Shown here: positions 1 through 8,619 of the stretch, one piece after another
Layout of the letters: each line of letters starts with the position of its first letter
Position numbering within the stretch: the first letter of the stretch is position 1
Source of the DNA: an uncultured Chloroflexia bacterium
GTDB lineage: Bacteria; Chloroflexota; Limnocylindria; Limnocylindrales; CSP1-4
NCBI GenBank assembly: GCA_963713975.1
Contig: OY970218.1
Location: 2,800,189-2,864,188 of the forward strand
Length of the DNA stretch: 64,000 nucleotides
Direction of reading: 5' to 3'
Notes under the pieces: model-generated
What the model was told of the DNA's origin: nothing
Database searches by the model: none
Seen by the model: only the letters and a program-made list of their open reading frames with translations
Translations under genes and position numbers: made by a program

Positions 1-1623
1 TGGTTCGTGAGGACCGCCCCGCTCGCGGCGGCGGCGCTCGAAGCCATGCGTGTGGGACACACCTCCATCCTCCCCGATCGCTTCGAGAAGGTGGGGGAGC
101 ACTGGATGACGACGATTCGCGACTGGAACGTGTCGCGCCAACTGTGGTGGGGCCATCGAATCCCGGCCTGGTTCTGCCCGGACGGTCACGCGACGGTCTC
201 CGCTGAGATGGACGGCCCGCCGGCGTGCGAGGTGTGTGGCAGGCCCGCAGCCGACCTGACCCAGGACCCCGACATCTTCGACACCTGGTTCAGCTCGGGG
301 CTGTGGCCGTTCTCGACCCTCGGCTGGCCGGATGCGACCGACGACATGGCCCGCTTCTACCCGGGCTCTGTGATGGAGACCGGCTACGACATCATCTTCT
401 TCTGGGTCGTCCGGATGATGATGCTGGGCATCGAGCTCGTCGGCGACGCGCCCTTCCACACGGTGTACCTGTCGGGCCTGATCCGGGACCCGTATGGCGC
501 GAAGATGTCCAAGACCAAAGGCAACACCGTGGACCCGCTGGGGACGATCGACGAGGTGGGCGCCGACGCCCTGCGCTTCGCCGTGGTTCACGGCACCACG
601 CCGGGCAATGACCAGCGCTTCGGGTCAGCCAAGGTCGAGAACGCCCGCAACTTCGCCAACAAGCTGTGGAATGCGACGCGGTTCGTGCTCGGCGCCCGGC
701 CCGGGTCCATCCCCGTGAACGCGGAGCGCCGCCTGCCCGATGCCCAACATCTCGGACCCGCCGACCGGTGGGTCCTCTCGCGCGCCGCCGCGACGACCGC
801 TGCCGTGGACCGGGCGATGGCCGATTACGGGTTCGGCGAGGTGACCCGGCTCCTCTACGACGCGATCTGGAACGAGTACTGCGACTGGGGCCTGGAGCTG
901 GCGAAGGTGCGCCTGTCCGACGCGTCGCTCCCGGACGCGGAACGGGAAGCCACCTGGTGGGCGCTGGTCGAGGCGCTCGACACCTACCTGCGGCTGCTGC
1001 ACCCCGTGATGCCCTTCATCACCGAACGCCTGTGGCAGGCGCTGCCGCACCGCGCGACGGATCCCGAACTGCTGATCGTGGCCCGCTGGCCGGCGGTGGG
1101 GGAACGGGACACCGAGGCGGAGACGCAGATCGGGGCGCTCGTGGACCTGGTCCGCGGGGTCCGCAACGCCCGCGCCGACGCCCGGCTGGAGCCGGCGTCG
1201 TGGCTGCCGCTGGATGTCTACGTGGAGCCGGAGCTCGGTCTCGCGCTGGAGGCGCTCCGCCCGGCTATCGAGCGGCTCGCACACGCCAGGCCGTTGCGCC
1301 GCCACCTCACCCGCGAGGCGCTCCACGGGACCGCGGGAGCGGGCGGGGCCGGGAACGGACCCGCCGGGCTGGCCGTCATTGCGGGGCCAACCGAGGCCAT
1401 CATCGCCACCGGTGGTGCCGACCCGGCGGCAGCCGAGGCCGATCGGATCCGGCTGGAGAAGGAGCTGGCCGACGCCGAACGCCTGCTGGACGCTGCCCGG
1501 GCAAGGTTGGCGAACGAGGCGTTCACCTCCAAGGCGCCCGCAGCGATCGTCGAAGGGGCCCGAGCTCGCGAGTTAGAGCTGGCCGAGCAGGTGGACCGGC
1601 TCCGCGAGCGGGTCGGCCGGTGA
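1..1623 (+). CDS. valS: Valine--tRNA ligase, C-terminal part (5' end lies outside the window)
   Basis: Open frame runs from the window edge. It carries the class I aaRS KMSKT motif (KMSKTKGN), the ValS-typical DTWFSSGLWPFSTLGWP editing/anticodon region, and the C-terminal coiled coil (EKELADAERLLDAARARLANEAF) found in ValS. Confidence 0.85.
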   Translation, partial: WFVRTAPLAAAALEAMRVGHTSILPDRFEKVGEHWMTTIRDWNVSRQLWWGHRIPAWFCPDGHATVSAEMDGPPACEVCGRPAADLTQDPDIFDTWFSSGLWPFSTLGWPDATDDMARFYPGSVMETGYDIIFFWVVRMMMLGIELVGDAPFHTVYLSGLIRDPYGAKMSKTKGNTVDPLGTIDEVGADALRFAVVHGTTPGNDQRFGSAKVENARNFANKLWNATRFVLGARPGSIPVNAERRLPDAQHLGPADRWVLSRAAATTAAVDRAMADYGFGEVTRLLYDAIWNEYCDWGLELAKVRLSDASLPDAEREATWWALVEALDTYLRLLHPVMPFITERLWQALPHRATDPELLIVARWPAVGERDTEAETQIGALVDLVRGVRNARADARLEPASWLPLDVYVEPELGLALEALRPAIERLAHARPLRRHLTREALHGTAGAGGAGNGPAGLAVIAGPTEAIIATGGADPAAAEADRIRLEKELADAERLLDAARARLANEAFTSKAPAAIVEGARARELELAEQVDRLRERVGR

Positions 1624-1681
1624 CCCGTCCCGCTGGTAGGATGGCGCCTGACCATCAGCAGGCCGTCACCGGGAGGACGCC

Positions 1682-2434
1682 GTGCCCCTCGAGTTCCTGA
1701 AGCGTCGCGGCGGAGACGCCGACAAGCCGGATCCCGCGACGCCGTCGGCTGCCCCCGCCGGGCTGCCCGAGGAAGTCGTCGCGCAGGAGTTCCAGCTCAA
1801 GCTGTACTACGCGGGCAAGAGCAGCGAGGGCGTGCGGATGCGCGCCGGCCCCCAGGCGCTTGCCGAGCTCCCCCGGATGCTCGAAGGCCTGACCCGCAAT
1901 GCGATCGAGACCGTCGATCCGCTGCCGCTCGAGTTCGCCCAGGCGGTGCCCGTGATCGCCCGTCCGTCCGAGGCGATGCAGTGGCTCAACGCCCACCACG
2001 AGCTGAGCCCCGTCACCCGTCATGCCCTCGTGGTGCTCGAATCCGTCGACGCCGTGGATCTCGCCTTCGACACCTTCGTGTGCACGCTGCTGGACGGCGA
2101 GACGGACACGTCCGGGTATCCCGAGTACAACGCGGTGGTGGGTGGCGTGGCGTCGCACTGGGACGAGGCCACCGGTGACATGATCGTCCGAGCGGTCGTC
2201 GGCTGGGGCGGCCGGGGGGTCCGGGGCGATACCGACCGGATCGCGCAGCGCCTGCTCTCCGGGATCCTGACCAATATCCTCGCCAGCCAGTTTGCGATGG
2301 GTCTCACCGAGGTGGATCGGCCGGTGCCGGCCGCCGGGCGCGGTGGCCTGGTCTGCGCCCACTGTGGCTTCGCGTCCGGCCATGAGCGAGCGTTCTACTG
2401 TCCCAAGTGCGGGATGCGGCTGCTCCGCGGCTGA
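1682..2434 (+). CDS. Hypothetical protein with C-terminal C4 zinc ribbon (CAHCG...CPKCG)
   Basis: 250-aa ORF with a GTG start 59 nt after the valS stop. I recognise no family; Cys-x2-Cys...Cys-x2-Cys at the C-terminus. Confidence 0.4.
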   Translation: MPLEFLKRRGGDADKPDPATPSAAPAGLPEEVVAQEFQLKLYYAGKSSEGVRMRAGPQALAELPRMLEGLTRNAIETVDPLPLEFAQAVPVIARPSEAMQWLNAHHELSPVTRHALVVLESVDAVDLAFDTFVCTLLDGETDTSGYPEYNAVVGGVASHWDEATGDMIVRAVVGWGGRGVRGDTDRIAQRLLSGILTNILASQFAMGLTEVDRPVPAAGRGGLVCAHCGFASGHERAFYCPKCGMRLLRG

Positions 2435-2446
2435 TCTCGTCACCTA

Positions 2447-2797
2447 TTGCTGAGCACCATGCCCGTCTACGACTACCTCTGCACCGCCTGCGACCATCGC
2501 GCCGACATCCTCCACGGGATCAACGATCCGGGGCCGAACTTCTGCCCCTCGTGCGGTGCCGATGGGACGATGCGCAAGCAGTTCGCCGCGCCCGCCGTCC
2601 ACTTCAAGGGTTCCGGCTGGGCCAAGAAGGACCGGGGTGGGACGTCGCGCTCGAGGAAGGCCGCGTCCGGGTCTTCCTCAGGGGACGAGGGTCACGAGTC
2701 CAAGGGCTCGGACGATGCCGCGTCGACGACAGCGTCCGCGGCCAAGCCCGAGGAGACCAAGCCCGCCGGCCCAAAGCCCACCGGCTCCAACGACTGA
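2447..2797 (+). CDS. FmdB-family zinc-ribbon regulatory protein
   Basis: N-terminus MPVYDYLCTACDH...FCPSCG is the FmdB/CxxC-x17-CxxC zinc-ribbon signature. The tail is basic, Ser/Gly-rich and low-complexity. Confidence 0.6.
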   Translation: MLSTMPVYDYLCTACDHRADILHGINDPGPNFCPSCGADGTMRKQFAAPAVHFKGSGWAKKDRGGTSRSRKAASGSSSGDEGHESKGSDDAASTTASAAKPEETKPAGPKPTGSND

Positions 2798-2806
2798 GGC
2801 TGCAGC

Positions 2807-3046
2807 ATGCCGTCCACTGCCGACTGGATCACGCTTGCCGAGGCAGCCGAGATCCTGGCTGCGGCGAACATCCACTTCCGCCCGGCGACGATCGGCAGCT
2901 GGGCTCGCACCGGCAGGCTCTCGAGCATCAAGCTGGGGGGTCGTCGCTACGTCCGCCGCGGCGAGGTGAAGGCGCTCGTCGCCGCCCCGCGCCGCGTTCG
3001 CGCCGATGCTATCCAGCCGGGCCTGTTCGAGGACCTGAGCGGCTGA
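2807..3046 (+). CDS. Helix-turn-helix DNA-binding protein (excisionase/MerR-like HTH_17 type)
   Basis: 79 aa with ITLAEAAEIL...ATIGSWARTGRL, typical of excisionase-family HTH. Start lies 10 nt after the FmdB stop. Confidence 0.5.
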   Translation: MPSTADWITLAEAAEILAAANIHFRPATIGSWARTGRLSSIKLGGRRYVRRGEVKALVAAPRRVRADAIQPGLFEDLSG

Positions 3047-3050
3047 CCGG

Positions 3051-3995
3051 ATGAACCCCGCCGGAGACGAGGATGGCAGCGTCGACCGGATGCGGCTGCT
3101 CGTCGAGCGGGTGGTCGCCCGAGTCGGAGGCCTTCCCGCGACCAGGACGCTCCTCGGTGTCCTTACGGCGTACGACGGAGCGGGCGGTGGACTGACGGCG
3201 GCGGGTCTCGCCTACACCTCGCTGATCGCCCTCTTGCCCGGGCTGCTCCTGATGGTCTCGATCTTCGGCCTGCTGATCGACGATCCGGGGACGCGTGAGC
3301 AGCTCGTGTCCGCGGTCGCCGAGGCGGTGCCGCCGCTGGAGGAGTTCGCGCGAGCGGCCTTCACGACGGTCAGCGCCGGCGCCGTGCCCGTCAGCATCAT
3401 CGCGGTCATCGGCCTGCTCTGGGGCTCCAGCCGCTTCTACGCTGCGCTGGACTACGCGTTCACGCGAATCTTCCACGATGGCCGAAAGCGGAACGAGATC
3501 GAGCGGACGATCCGCGGTGTCCTCGTGACGTTCCTGCTGGTCGCGGTGCCGCTCGGGGCGCTGTTGTTGAGCGTCTTCACGAGCTGGCTTGCGACGGTGA
3601 CGTCCGCAGGCATCGCGAGCCTGTTCCTGCAGGTGCTGTCGCCCGTGGGATCATTCCTGCTATTCGTCGCGGGGACGGTCCTCGTGTACCGGTACGTGCC
3701 CGCCAAGCACGTCCCCTGGAAGGTACTGCTCGGGCCGGCGATTCTGGTCGGCGTGGCCCTGGCTGGCTTCGCGCAGCTGTACGCCGTGTTCGCCCCGTTG
3801 CTGACAAAGATGGCCGCCATCTATGGCACGTTCGTGGCCTTTTTCGCCATCCTCGCGTGGCTCGCCATCAGCTTCAACCTCCTGCTATTCGGGGCGTGCT
3901 GGACTCGCGTGCGGGAGCAGGCGGGTTCGGGCGAGGATCCGGGTGATGGCAACGCACCGGCTGCCACGTTGCCGGGGCCGACGGAAGGCGGGTAG
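3051..3995 (+). CDS. YihY/BrkB-family inner-membrane protein
   Basis: 314 aa with about 6 TM segments. N-terminal region AGLAYTSLIALLPGLLLMVSIFGL and overall topology match the YihY (former RNase BN) family. Confidence 0.65.
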   Translation: MNPAGDEDGSVDRMRLLVERVVARVGGLPATRTLLGVLTAYDGAGGGLTAAGLAYTSLIALLPGLLLMVSIFGLLIDDPGTREQLVSAVAEAVPPLEEFARAAFTTVSAGAVPVSIIAVIGLLWGSSRFYAALDYAFTRIFHDGRKRNEIERTIRGVLVTFLLVAVPLGALLLSVFTSWLATVTSAGIASLFLQVLSPVGSFLLFVAGTVLVYRYVPAKHVPWKVLLGPAILVGVALAGFAQLYAVFAPLLTKMAAIYGTFVAFFAILAWLAISFNLLLFGACWTRVREQAGSGEDPGDGNAPAATLPGPTEGG

Positions 3996-3999
3996 GCGG

Positions 4000-5616
4000 T
4001 CAGCCCTGGCGGGTGCCACACCGGCGGCAGAACCGGGCGCTGGCCGACAGCGACAGGCCGCAGCTCACGCACGGCTGTGGCGTGGGTGGCGGGGCGACCT
4101 GGGCCTGTGCGGGCCGGGTGTCGCCACTGAGGACCTCGCGGGCCGACGCGGCCCATACGGATGCGGCGTCATCTCTCGGGATCAGCTGGCGACCGGCGAG
4201 CGTCGTCGGGACGTCACGCTGGCTGGCATGCCTGTTCCACAGTGGGGCCGCCGGCCACTGCGGAGCCGCACCTTCGTCGGGCGCAACGGTGAGCCACGGG
4301 CTGGCAACGGGCTCGGGCGTCGGTTGGACGGGAGGCGTCGTGGGTGGCGGCGGCGGAGCGGGAGGTGCCGGCCAGGTGGGCTGCGGGACGACGTCCTCGC
4401 GCGGCACCTCGGCTGCAGCGACGGGCTCGGGCTCCGGCTCGGCGACCAGTTCGGCCGCGACGGGCTCGGGCTCCGGCTCGGCGACCAGTTCGGCCGCGAC
4501 GGGCTCGGGCTCCGGCTCGGCGACCAGTTCGGCCGCGACGGGCTCGGGCTCCGGCTCGGCGACCAGTTCGGCCGCGACGGGCTCGGGCTCCGGCTCGGCG
4601 ACCAGTTCGGCCGCGACGGGCTCGGGCTCCGGCTCGGCGACCAGTTCGGCCGCGACGGGCTCGGGCTCCGGCTCGGCGACCAGTTCGGCCGCGACGGGCT
4701 CGGGCTCCGGCTCGGCGACCAGTTCGGCCGCGACGGGCTCGGGCTCCGGCTCGGCGACCAGTTCGGCCGCGACGGGCTCGGGCTCCGGCTCGGCGACCAG
4801 TTCGGCCGCGACGGGCTCGGGCTCCGGCTCGGCGACCAGTTCGGCCGCGACGGGCTCGGGCTCCGGCTCGGCGACCAGTTCGGCCGCGACGGGCTCGACC
4901 GCGGCGGCGTCCTCGCGCGGCACCTCGGCTGCAGCGACCGGCTCGGGCTCGGGCTCGGCGACCAGTTCGGCAGCGACGGGCTCGGGCTCGGGCTCGGCGA
5001 CCAGTTCGGCCGCGACGGGCTCGGGCTCGGGCGTCTCATCGGCGGCAACCTGGGCCTCGTAGGCTGCAAGCGCGTCCTCGAGCGATTGCCCCGGTGCAAC
5101 CCCGCGGACGCCAGCCGCGGACGCCGGCTCGGCATCGATCACGGCGGCGGTGCCCAGGGCCCGCGCCAGGCGCTCGGGTCCGAGATCGGCCTCGGGCCAG
5201 GCCCCGGCCTCGATGGCGGCAAGCACCTGCTCGTCGGGTGCGGCGTCATCGACAACGTCGACCGCCTCCGGTGCCGCCAGGTTGGCAGGCGCGAGGTCCG
5301 GCAGTGGTGAGCAGGTCAGGCAACGACCGTCCGGGGTGTTCCAGCAGTTCCCGCACGTGTACTGGCGACAGGTCAGGCAGAAGTTGAAGGTCTTGTGGAA
5401 CGCGTCGAGCTGATGCGAGGTGGCGCTGCGCTCCACCTCACTGCGCGCGTCGGCCATGGCCTCCGAGAGGCTGCTCTCGTCAGTCATGACGAAGTTGCGC
5501 AGGCCCTTCGACATGACGCGGACACGACCGATCCGCGACCGCTTTGGTGCGGCCGACTCGAAGGTGTATCGGGTACCGCACCGTTCGCAGAACGACTCGG
5601 TGAGGATCTCCGTCAT
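4000..5616 (-). CDS. Zinc-ribbon protein with internal 13-aa tandem repeats ([13 protein letters not shown], about 15 copies) and a Pro-rich tail
   Basis: Start ATG at 5616-5614 (MTEILTESF) sits 5 nt downstream of a GGGAG RBS. N-terminal double zinc ribbon (FCERCG...[13 protein letters not shown]...CLTCSP). C-terminal zinc ribbon (CVSCG...CRRCG). Overlapping plus-strand ORFs are repeat-induced shadows. Confidence 0.6.
   Translation of the reverse strand: MTEILTESFCERCGTRYTFESAAPKRSRIGRVRVMSKGLRNFVMTDESSLSEAMADARSEVERSATSHQLDAFHKTFNFCLTCRQYTCGNCWNTPDGRCLTCSPLPDLAPANLAAPEAVDVVDDAAPDEQVLAAIEAGAWPEADLGPERLARALGTAAVIDAEPASAAGVRGVAPGQSLEDALAAYEAQVAADETPEPEPVAAELVAEPEPEPVAAELVAEPEPEPVAAAEVPREDAAAVEPVAAELVAEPEPEPVAAELVAEPEPEPVAAELVAEPEPEPVAAELVAEPEPEPVAAELVAEPEPEPVAAELVAEPEPEPVAAELVAEPEPEPVAAELVAEPEPEPVAAELVAEPEPEPVAAELVAEPEPEPVAAELVAEPEPEPVAAELVAEPEPEPVAAAEVPREDVVPQPTWPAPPAPPPPPTTPPVQPTPEPVASPWLTVAPDEGAAPQWPAAPLWNRHASQRDVPTTLAGRQLIPRDDAASVWAASAREVLSGDTRPAQAQVAPPPTPQPCVSCGLSLSASARFCRRCGTRQG
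4421..5035. repeat. Tandem array of a 39-bp unit (about 12 identical plus about 3 variant copies), in-frame in the minus-strand CDS
   Basis: Unit acgggctcgggctccggctcggcgaccagttcggccgcg repeats head-to-tail without spacers from about 4421 to about 4893. Variant copies (ggctcgggctcgggctcggcgaccagttcggcagcgacg) run to about 5035. Confidence 0.9.
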
Positions 5617-5776
5617 CGGGCTCCCGGTGGACAAGGCTTGACTCCCGGCACCTGCCGGGCGGGCCCAGAGTATAGGTCTCGAGTGAAGGCAGGGCTCGCA
5701 CCGAGGTACCGCGTCCCTGCGCCGTTGGTCCCGCCCGCAGGGTCGGCGGGCCTCCTCTGGTACGGTTCGCCGAGCC

Positions 5777-6733
5777 ATGGCTGTGCTTGCCGACCTGGAA
5801 CGGACCCTCGAACGCCTCTTCGAACGCTCGACTGCTCGGCTGTTCCGGGCCCGTCTCCAGCCCGTCCAGATCGAGCACCGCGTCGAGCGATCGATGGAGC
5901 GTGCCCGCGCCTCACGTGGGGGCCGGACCCTCGTGCCCGCCCGCTACCGGGTCCGGCTTCACCCTGCGGACATGGACGATGTCGTGGACCGGTCGGAGGG
6001 ACCGGAGGCGCTCGCCGGACGCCTGGCCGATGCCGCGCTCGCCTTTGCTCGCGGTCATGACTACCAATTGCCGTCACGCCCCATCGTCTTCCTCGTGGCG
6101 GACCCGTCCCTCCAGCGTGGCGTGGTCGAGGTCGATGCGGTCGTGACCGAGATCGCCGCACCTGCGCCGCTGGTTCCGGACATGCCGGTCGTGCCTGCCC
6201 GGGGCGTGGCCGACGGGGACGAGGCAGCCGGTGTGCCGGCGACAGGCGCGTCGCCCGTCGACCGCCCGGCCCTGAAGTTTGCGGGCGACGACCTGCTGCC
6301 CCAGCATGTGGACGCGCCGCCCGAGCCTGCAGTCCTCGTGGCCGCGGTTGGCGCGCCTGTGGCATCCGGCGTCGGCAGTGGCATCCGCGGTGACGGCACC
6401 CAGACCCTCGTCTTCAGGCGTCCAGCTCCCCCGCCGACCCGAGCGGTGCTCCGGGTGACCGGGCGGGACGGCAAGGAGCGCGTGGTCCAGGTTGATGGCA
6501 CGCCGATGACGGTCGGGCGCGCGACGGACAATGCCCTCGTGCTCGCCGACTCCCGTGTGTCACGGCACCACGCGCGCGTCCAGGCCCGGCGCGGGACGCT
6601 CGTGCTCACGGATCTGGGGAGCACCAACGGCAGCCGCGTCAACGGCGTTCGGGTGGACGAGTGCGCGCTGGGAACCGGCGACCGGATCCTGGTGGGCGAC
6701 ACGGTCCTGCTGGTCGAACAGCTCCCGGGCTGA
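5777..6733 (+). CDS. fhaA: FHA-domain protein FhaA (DUF3662 N-terminal domain + C-terminal FHA)
   Basis: N-terminus [16 protein letters not shown]...RLQPVQIEH is DUF3662. C-terminal FHA motifs (GR..DN.LVL.D..VSRHHA...[13 protein letters not shown]). First gene of the fhaA-fhaB-rodA-pbpA order conserved in Actinobacteria. Confidence 0.8.
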   Translation: MAVLADLERTLERLFERSTARLFRARLQPVQIEHRVERSMERARASRGGRTLVPARYRVRLHPADMDDVVDRSEGPEALAGRLADAALAFARGHDYQLPSRPIVFLVADPSLQRGVVEVDAVVTEIAAPAPLVPDMPVVPARGVADGDEAAGVPATGASPVDRPALKFAGDDLLPQHVDAPPEPAVLVAAVGAPVASGVGSGIRGDGTQTLVFRRPAPPPTRAVLRVTGRDGKERVVQVDGTPMTVGRATDNALVLADSRVSRHHARVQARRGTLVLTDLGSTNGSRVNGVRVDECALGTGDRILVGDTVLLVEQLPG

Positions 6734-6736
6734 CGC

Positions 6737-7171
6737 ATGGATGGCTTCACGCTCACGCTATGGATCGGCCGGATCCTGTTCCTCGCGCTGCTCTACGTCT
6801 TCCTGTACGCGGTCGTCCGGGTGCTGCTGCGCGACCTGCGTGCTGCCTCACGCGGCCCGGCCGAGCTGGGGAGACTCGTGGTGCTCTCCTCGCCCCGCGG
6901 AGAGCCGCAGCCCGGCGCCTCGTATCCGCTCGATGCGGTGACGAGCCTGGGTCGCGACGTCAACAACGGGATCGTGCTCGACGACCCGTTCGCATCCACG
7001 GAGCACGCGGTGCTGACCTACCGCGGGCGCAACTGGTATCTCGAGGACCTCGCCAGCACCAACGGCACGTACGTCAACGGTGTCCCGGTCGGGGGTCTTG
7101 CCCCCCTCGGCTTCGGTGACGAGATCCAGGTGGGGGAGATCCGGTTCCGGCTGGATCGAGGCCGGGCATGA
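6737..7171 (+). CDS. fhaB: Membrane-anchored FHA-domain protein FhaB/FipA
   Basis: N-terminal TM helix (LWIGRILFLALLYVFLYAVV) followed by an FHA domain (GRDVNNGIVLDD...STNGTYVNG). Confidence 0.75.
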   Translation: MDGFTLTLWIGRILFLALLYVFLYAVVRVLLRDLRAASRGPAELGRLVVLSSPRGEPQPGASYPLDAVTSLGRDVNNGIVLDDPFASTEHAVLTYRGRNWYLEDLASTNGTYVNGVPVGGLAPLGFGDEIQVGEIRFRLDRGRA

Positions 7172-8619
7172 GCGCCGTCGCCCAGGCACGCCCCGCCCTG
7201 CGTCTTCTCATCCGGCCGCGCCCCCGCCAGACCGAGCTCATGCTGCTCGTGATCGTCGCGATCGCGCTGCTGGTCGGAGGAGCCTCGCTGGGAGCCACGC
7301 AGCGTTTGCGCGCCGCGACAGAGGCCGGCCAGACGGCGACATCGCTCGACTTCATGCCCCCCGACTCGCAGGGCCTCCTCGTCTACCTGGTGCTGCTGCT
7401 GCTGGTCCATGGCGCGTTCGTGCTGGCGGGCCGGCGAACGGACCAGATCCTGCTGCCCGCGGTCGCGATGCTCGGCGGGATCGGCCTGCTCCTGATGCAG
7501 CGGCTGCCGCAGGGCCTGGTGACGCAGGCGTACGGGTCGTCGGAGCTCGGTCTCGGCCAGCTCCAGCTTGCGTGGCTGATGATCTCGATGACGGTCGTCA
7601 CGATCCTCGCGCTCGCCGTCCGATCGGATGCATGGCTCCGGACGTACAAGTACACCTGGGCGGCAGCCGGCATCGGGCTGCTGCTGTTGACCTTCGTGTT
7701 CGGGTCCGACGTCAACGGGGCCAGGCTCACGCTGTCGATCGGGCCGCTCTCGGGTCAGCCTTCGGAGCTGCTCAAGGTGATCCTCGTGGTGTTCCTGGCT
7801 GGGTACCTTTCGGAGAACCGGGCGCTGCTGGCGGACGAGAGCACGCGGATCGGTCCCCTGCGCCTGCCGCCACTGCCGTACCTGGCGCCGATGGTGGCGA
7901 TGTGGGCGATCGCCCTCGGGATCGTGGTGGTCCAGCGGGACCTGGGGGCCGCCCTGCTGTTCTTCGCCGTGTTCCTCGCACTGCTCTACGTGGCCACCGG
8001 TCGCCCGAGCTACGTGCTGGGCGGGCTCCTGCTGTTCGTCGTGGGATCGTGGGTCCTGTACAACCTCTTCGGCCACGTCCAGGCGCGTGTCGACAACTGG
8101 CTGGATCCGTGGCGGGACCCGCTCGGATCCGGGTTCCAGGTCGTCCAGGCGCTCTATGCGTTCGGGCGCGGCGGGATGCTGGGCGTCGGTCTTGGTGCGG
8201 GCCTTCCCACCATCGGCGGACGCCTCCCGATCCCGGCCGTGCACACGGACTATCCCCTGGCTGCCTTGGGCGAAGAGCTGGGGCTGGCAGGACTGCTGGC
8301 GATCCTGGGGTTGTACGTCGTGGTGGTGTCGCGCGGGCTTCGGATCGCCGCCGCGGCACATGACGACTTCCGGGCCCTGCTGGCAGCCGGGCTGGCGCTC
8401 GTGATCGGGGTGCAGGCGTTCATCATCGCGGCGGGGAACCTGAAGCTGATCCCGCTCACCGGCATCACGTTGCCGTTCATCTCCTACGGCGGCTCGTCGC
8501 TGCTTGCCAACGCCGTCGTCGTGGGACTGCTGCTCGCCCTCTCCGATCCCGGGGCCGGGCCTCCCGCCGCGCCGCGGGATCGCCGGCGCGGGTTCCGACT
8601 GCGCAGGCGCGCCGCATGA
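7168..8619 (+). CDS. rodA: FtsW/RodA/SpoVE-family peptidoglycan glycosyltransferase (RodA-like)
   Basis: 10-TM SEDS protein. ATGA overlap with fhaB. Position in the operon corresponds to mycobacterial rodA. Confidence 0.8.
   Translation: MSAVAQARPALRLLIRPRPRQTELMLLVIVAIALLVGGASLGATQRLRAATEAGQTATSLDFMPPDSQGLLVYLVLLLLVHGAFVLAGRRTDQILLPAVAMLGGIGLLLMQRLPQGLVTQAYGSSELGLGQLQLAWLMISMTVVTILALAVRSDAWLRTYKYTWAAAGIGLLLLTFVFGSDVNGARLTLSIGPLSGQPSELLKVILVVFLAGYLSENRALLADESTRIGPLRLPPLPYLAPMVAMWAIALGIVVVQRDLGAALLFFAVFLALLYVATGRPSYVLGGLLLFVVGSWVLYNLFGHVQARVDNWLDPWRDPLGSGFQVVQALYAFGRGGMLGVGLGAGLPTIGGRLPIPAVHTDYPLAALGEELGLAGLLAILGLYVVVVSRGLRIAAAAHDDFRALLAAGLALVIGVQAFIIAAGNLKLIPLTGITLPFISYGGSSLLANAVVVGLLLALSDPGAGPPAAPRDRRRGFRLRRRAA

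Noticed and set aside
4421-5035. Possible CRISPR array
   Set aside because: Units are contiguous with no unique spacers and lie in-frame inside a CDS. It is a tandem repeat, not CRISPR.
3823-5387. Three overlapping plus-strand ORFs (495, 349, 347 aa) with [11 protein letters not shown] / [10 protein letters not shown] repeats
   Set aside because: Alternative-frame translations of the 39-bp tandem array. The minus-strand frame alone has zinc-ribbon termini and an RBS-supported start.
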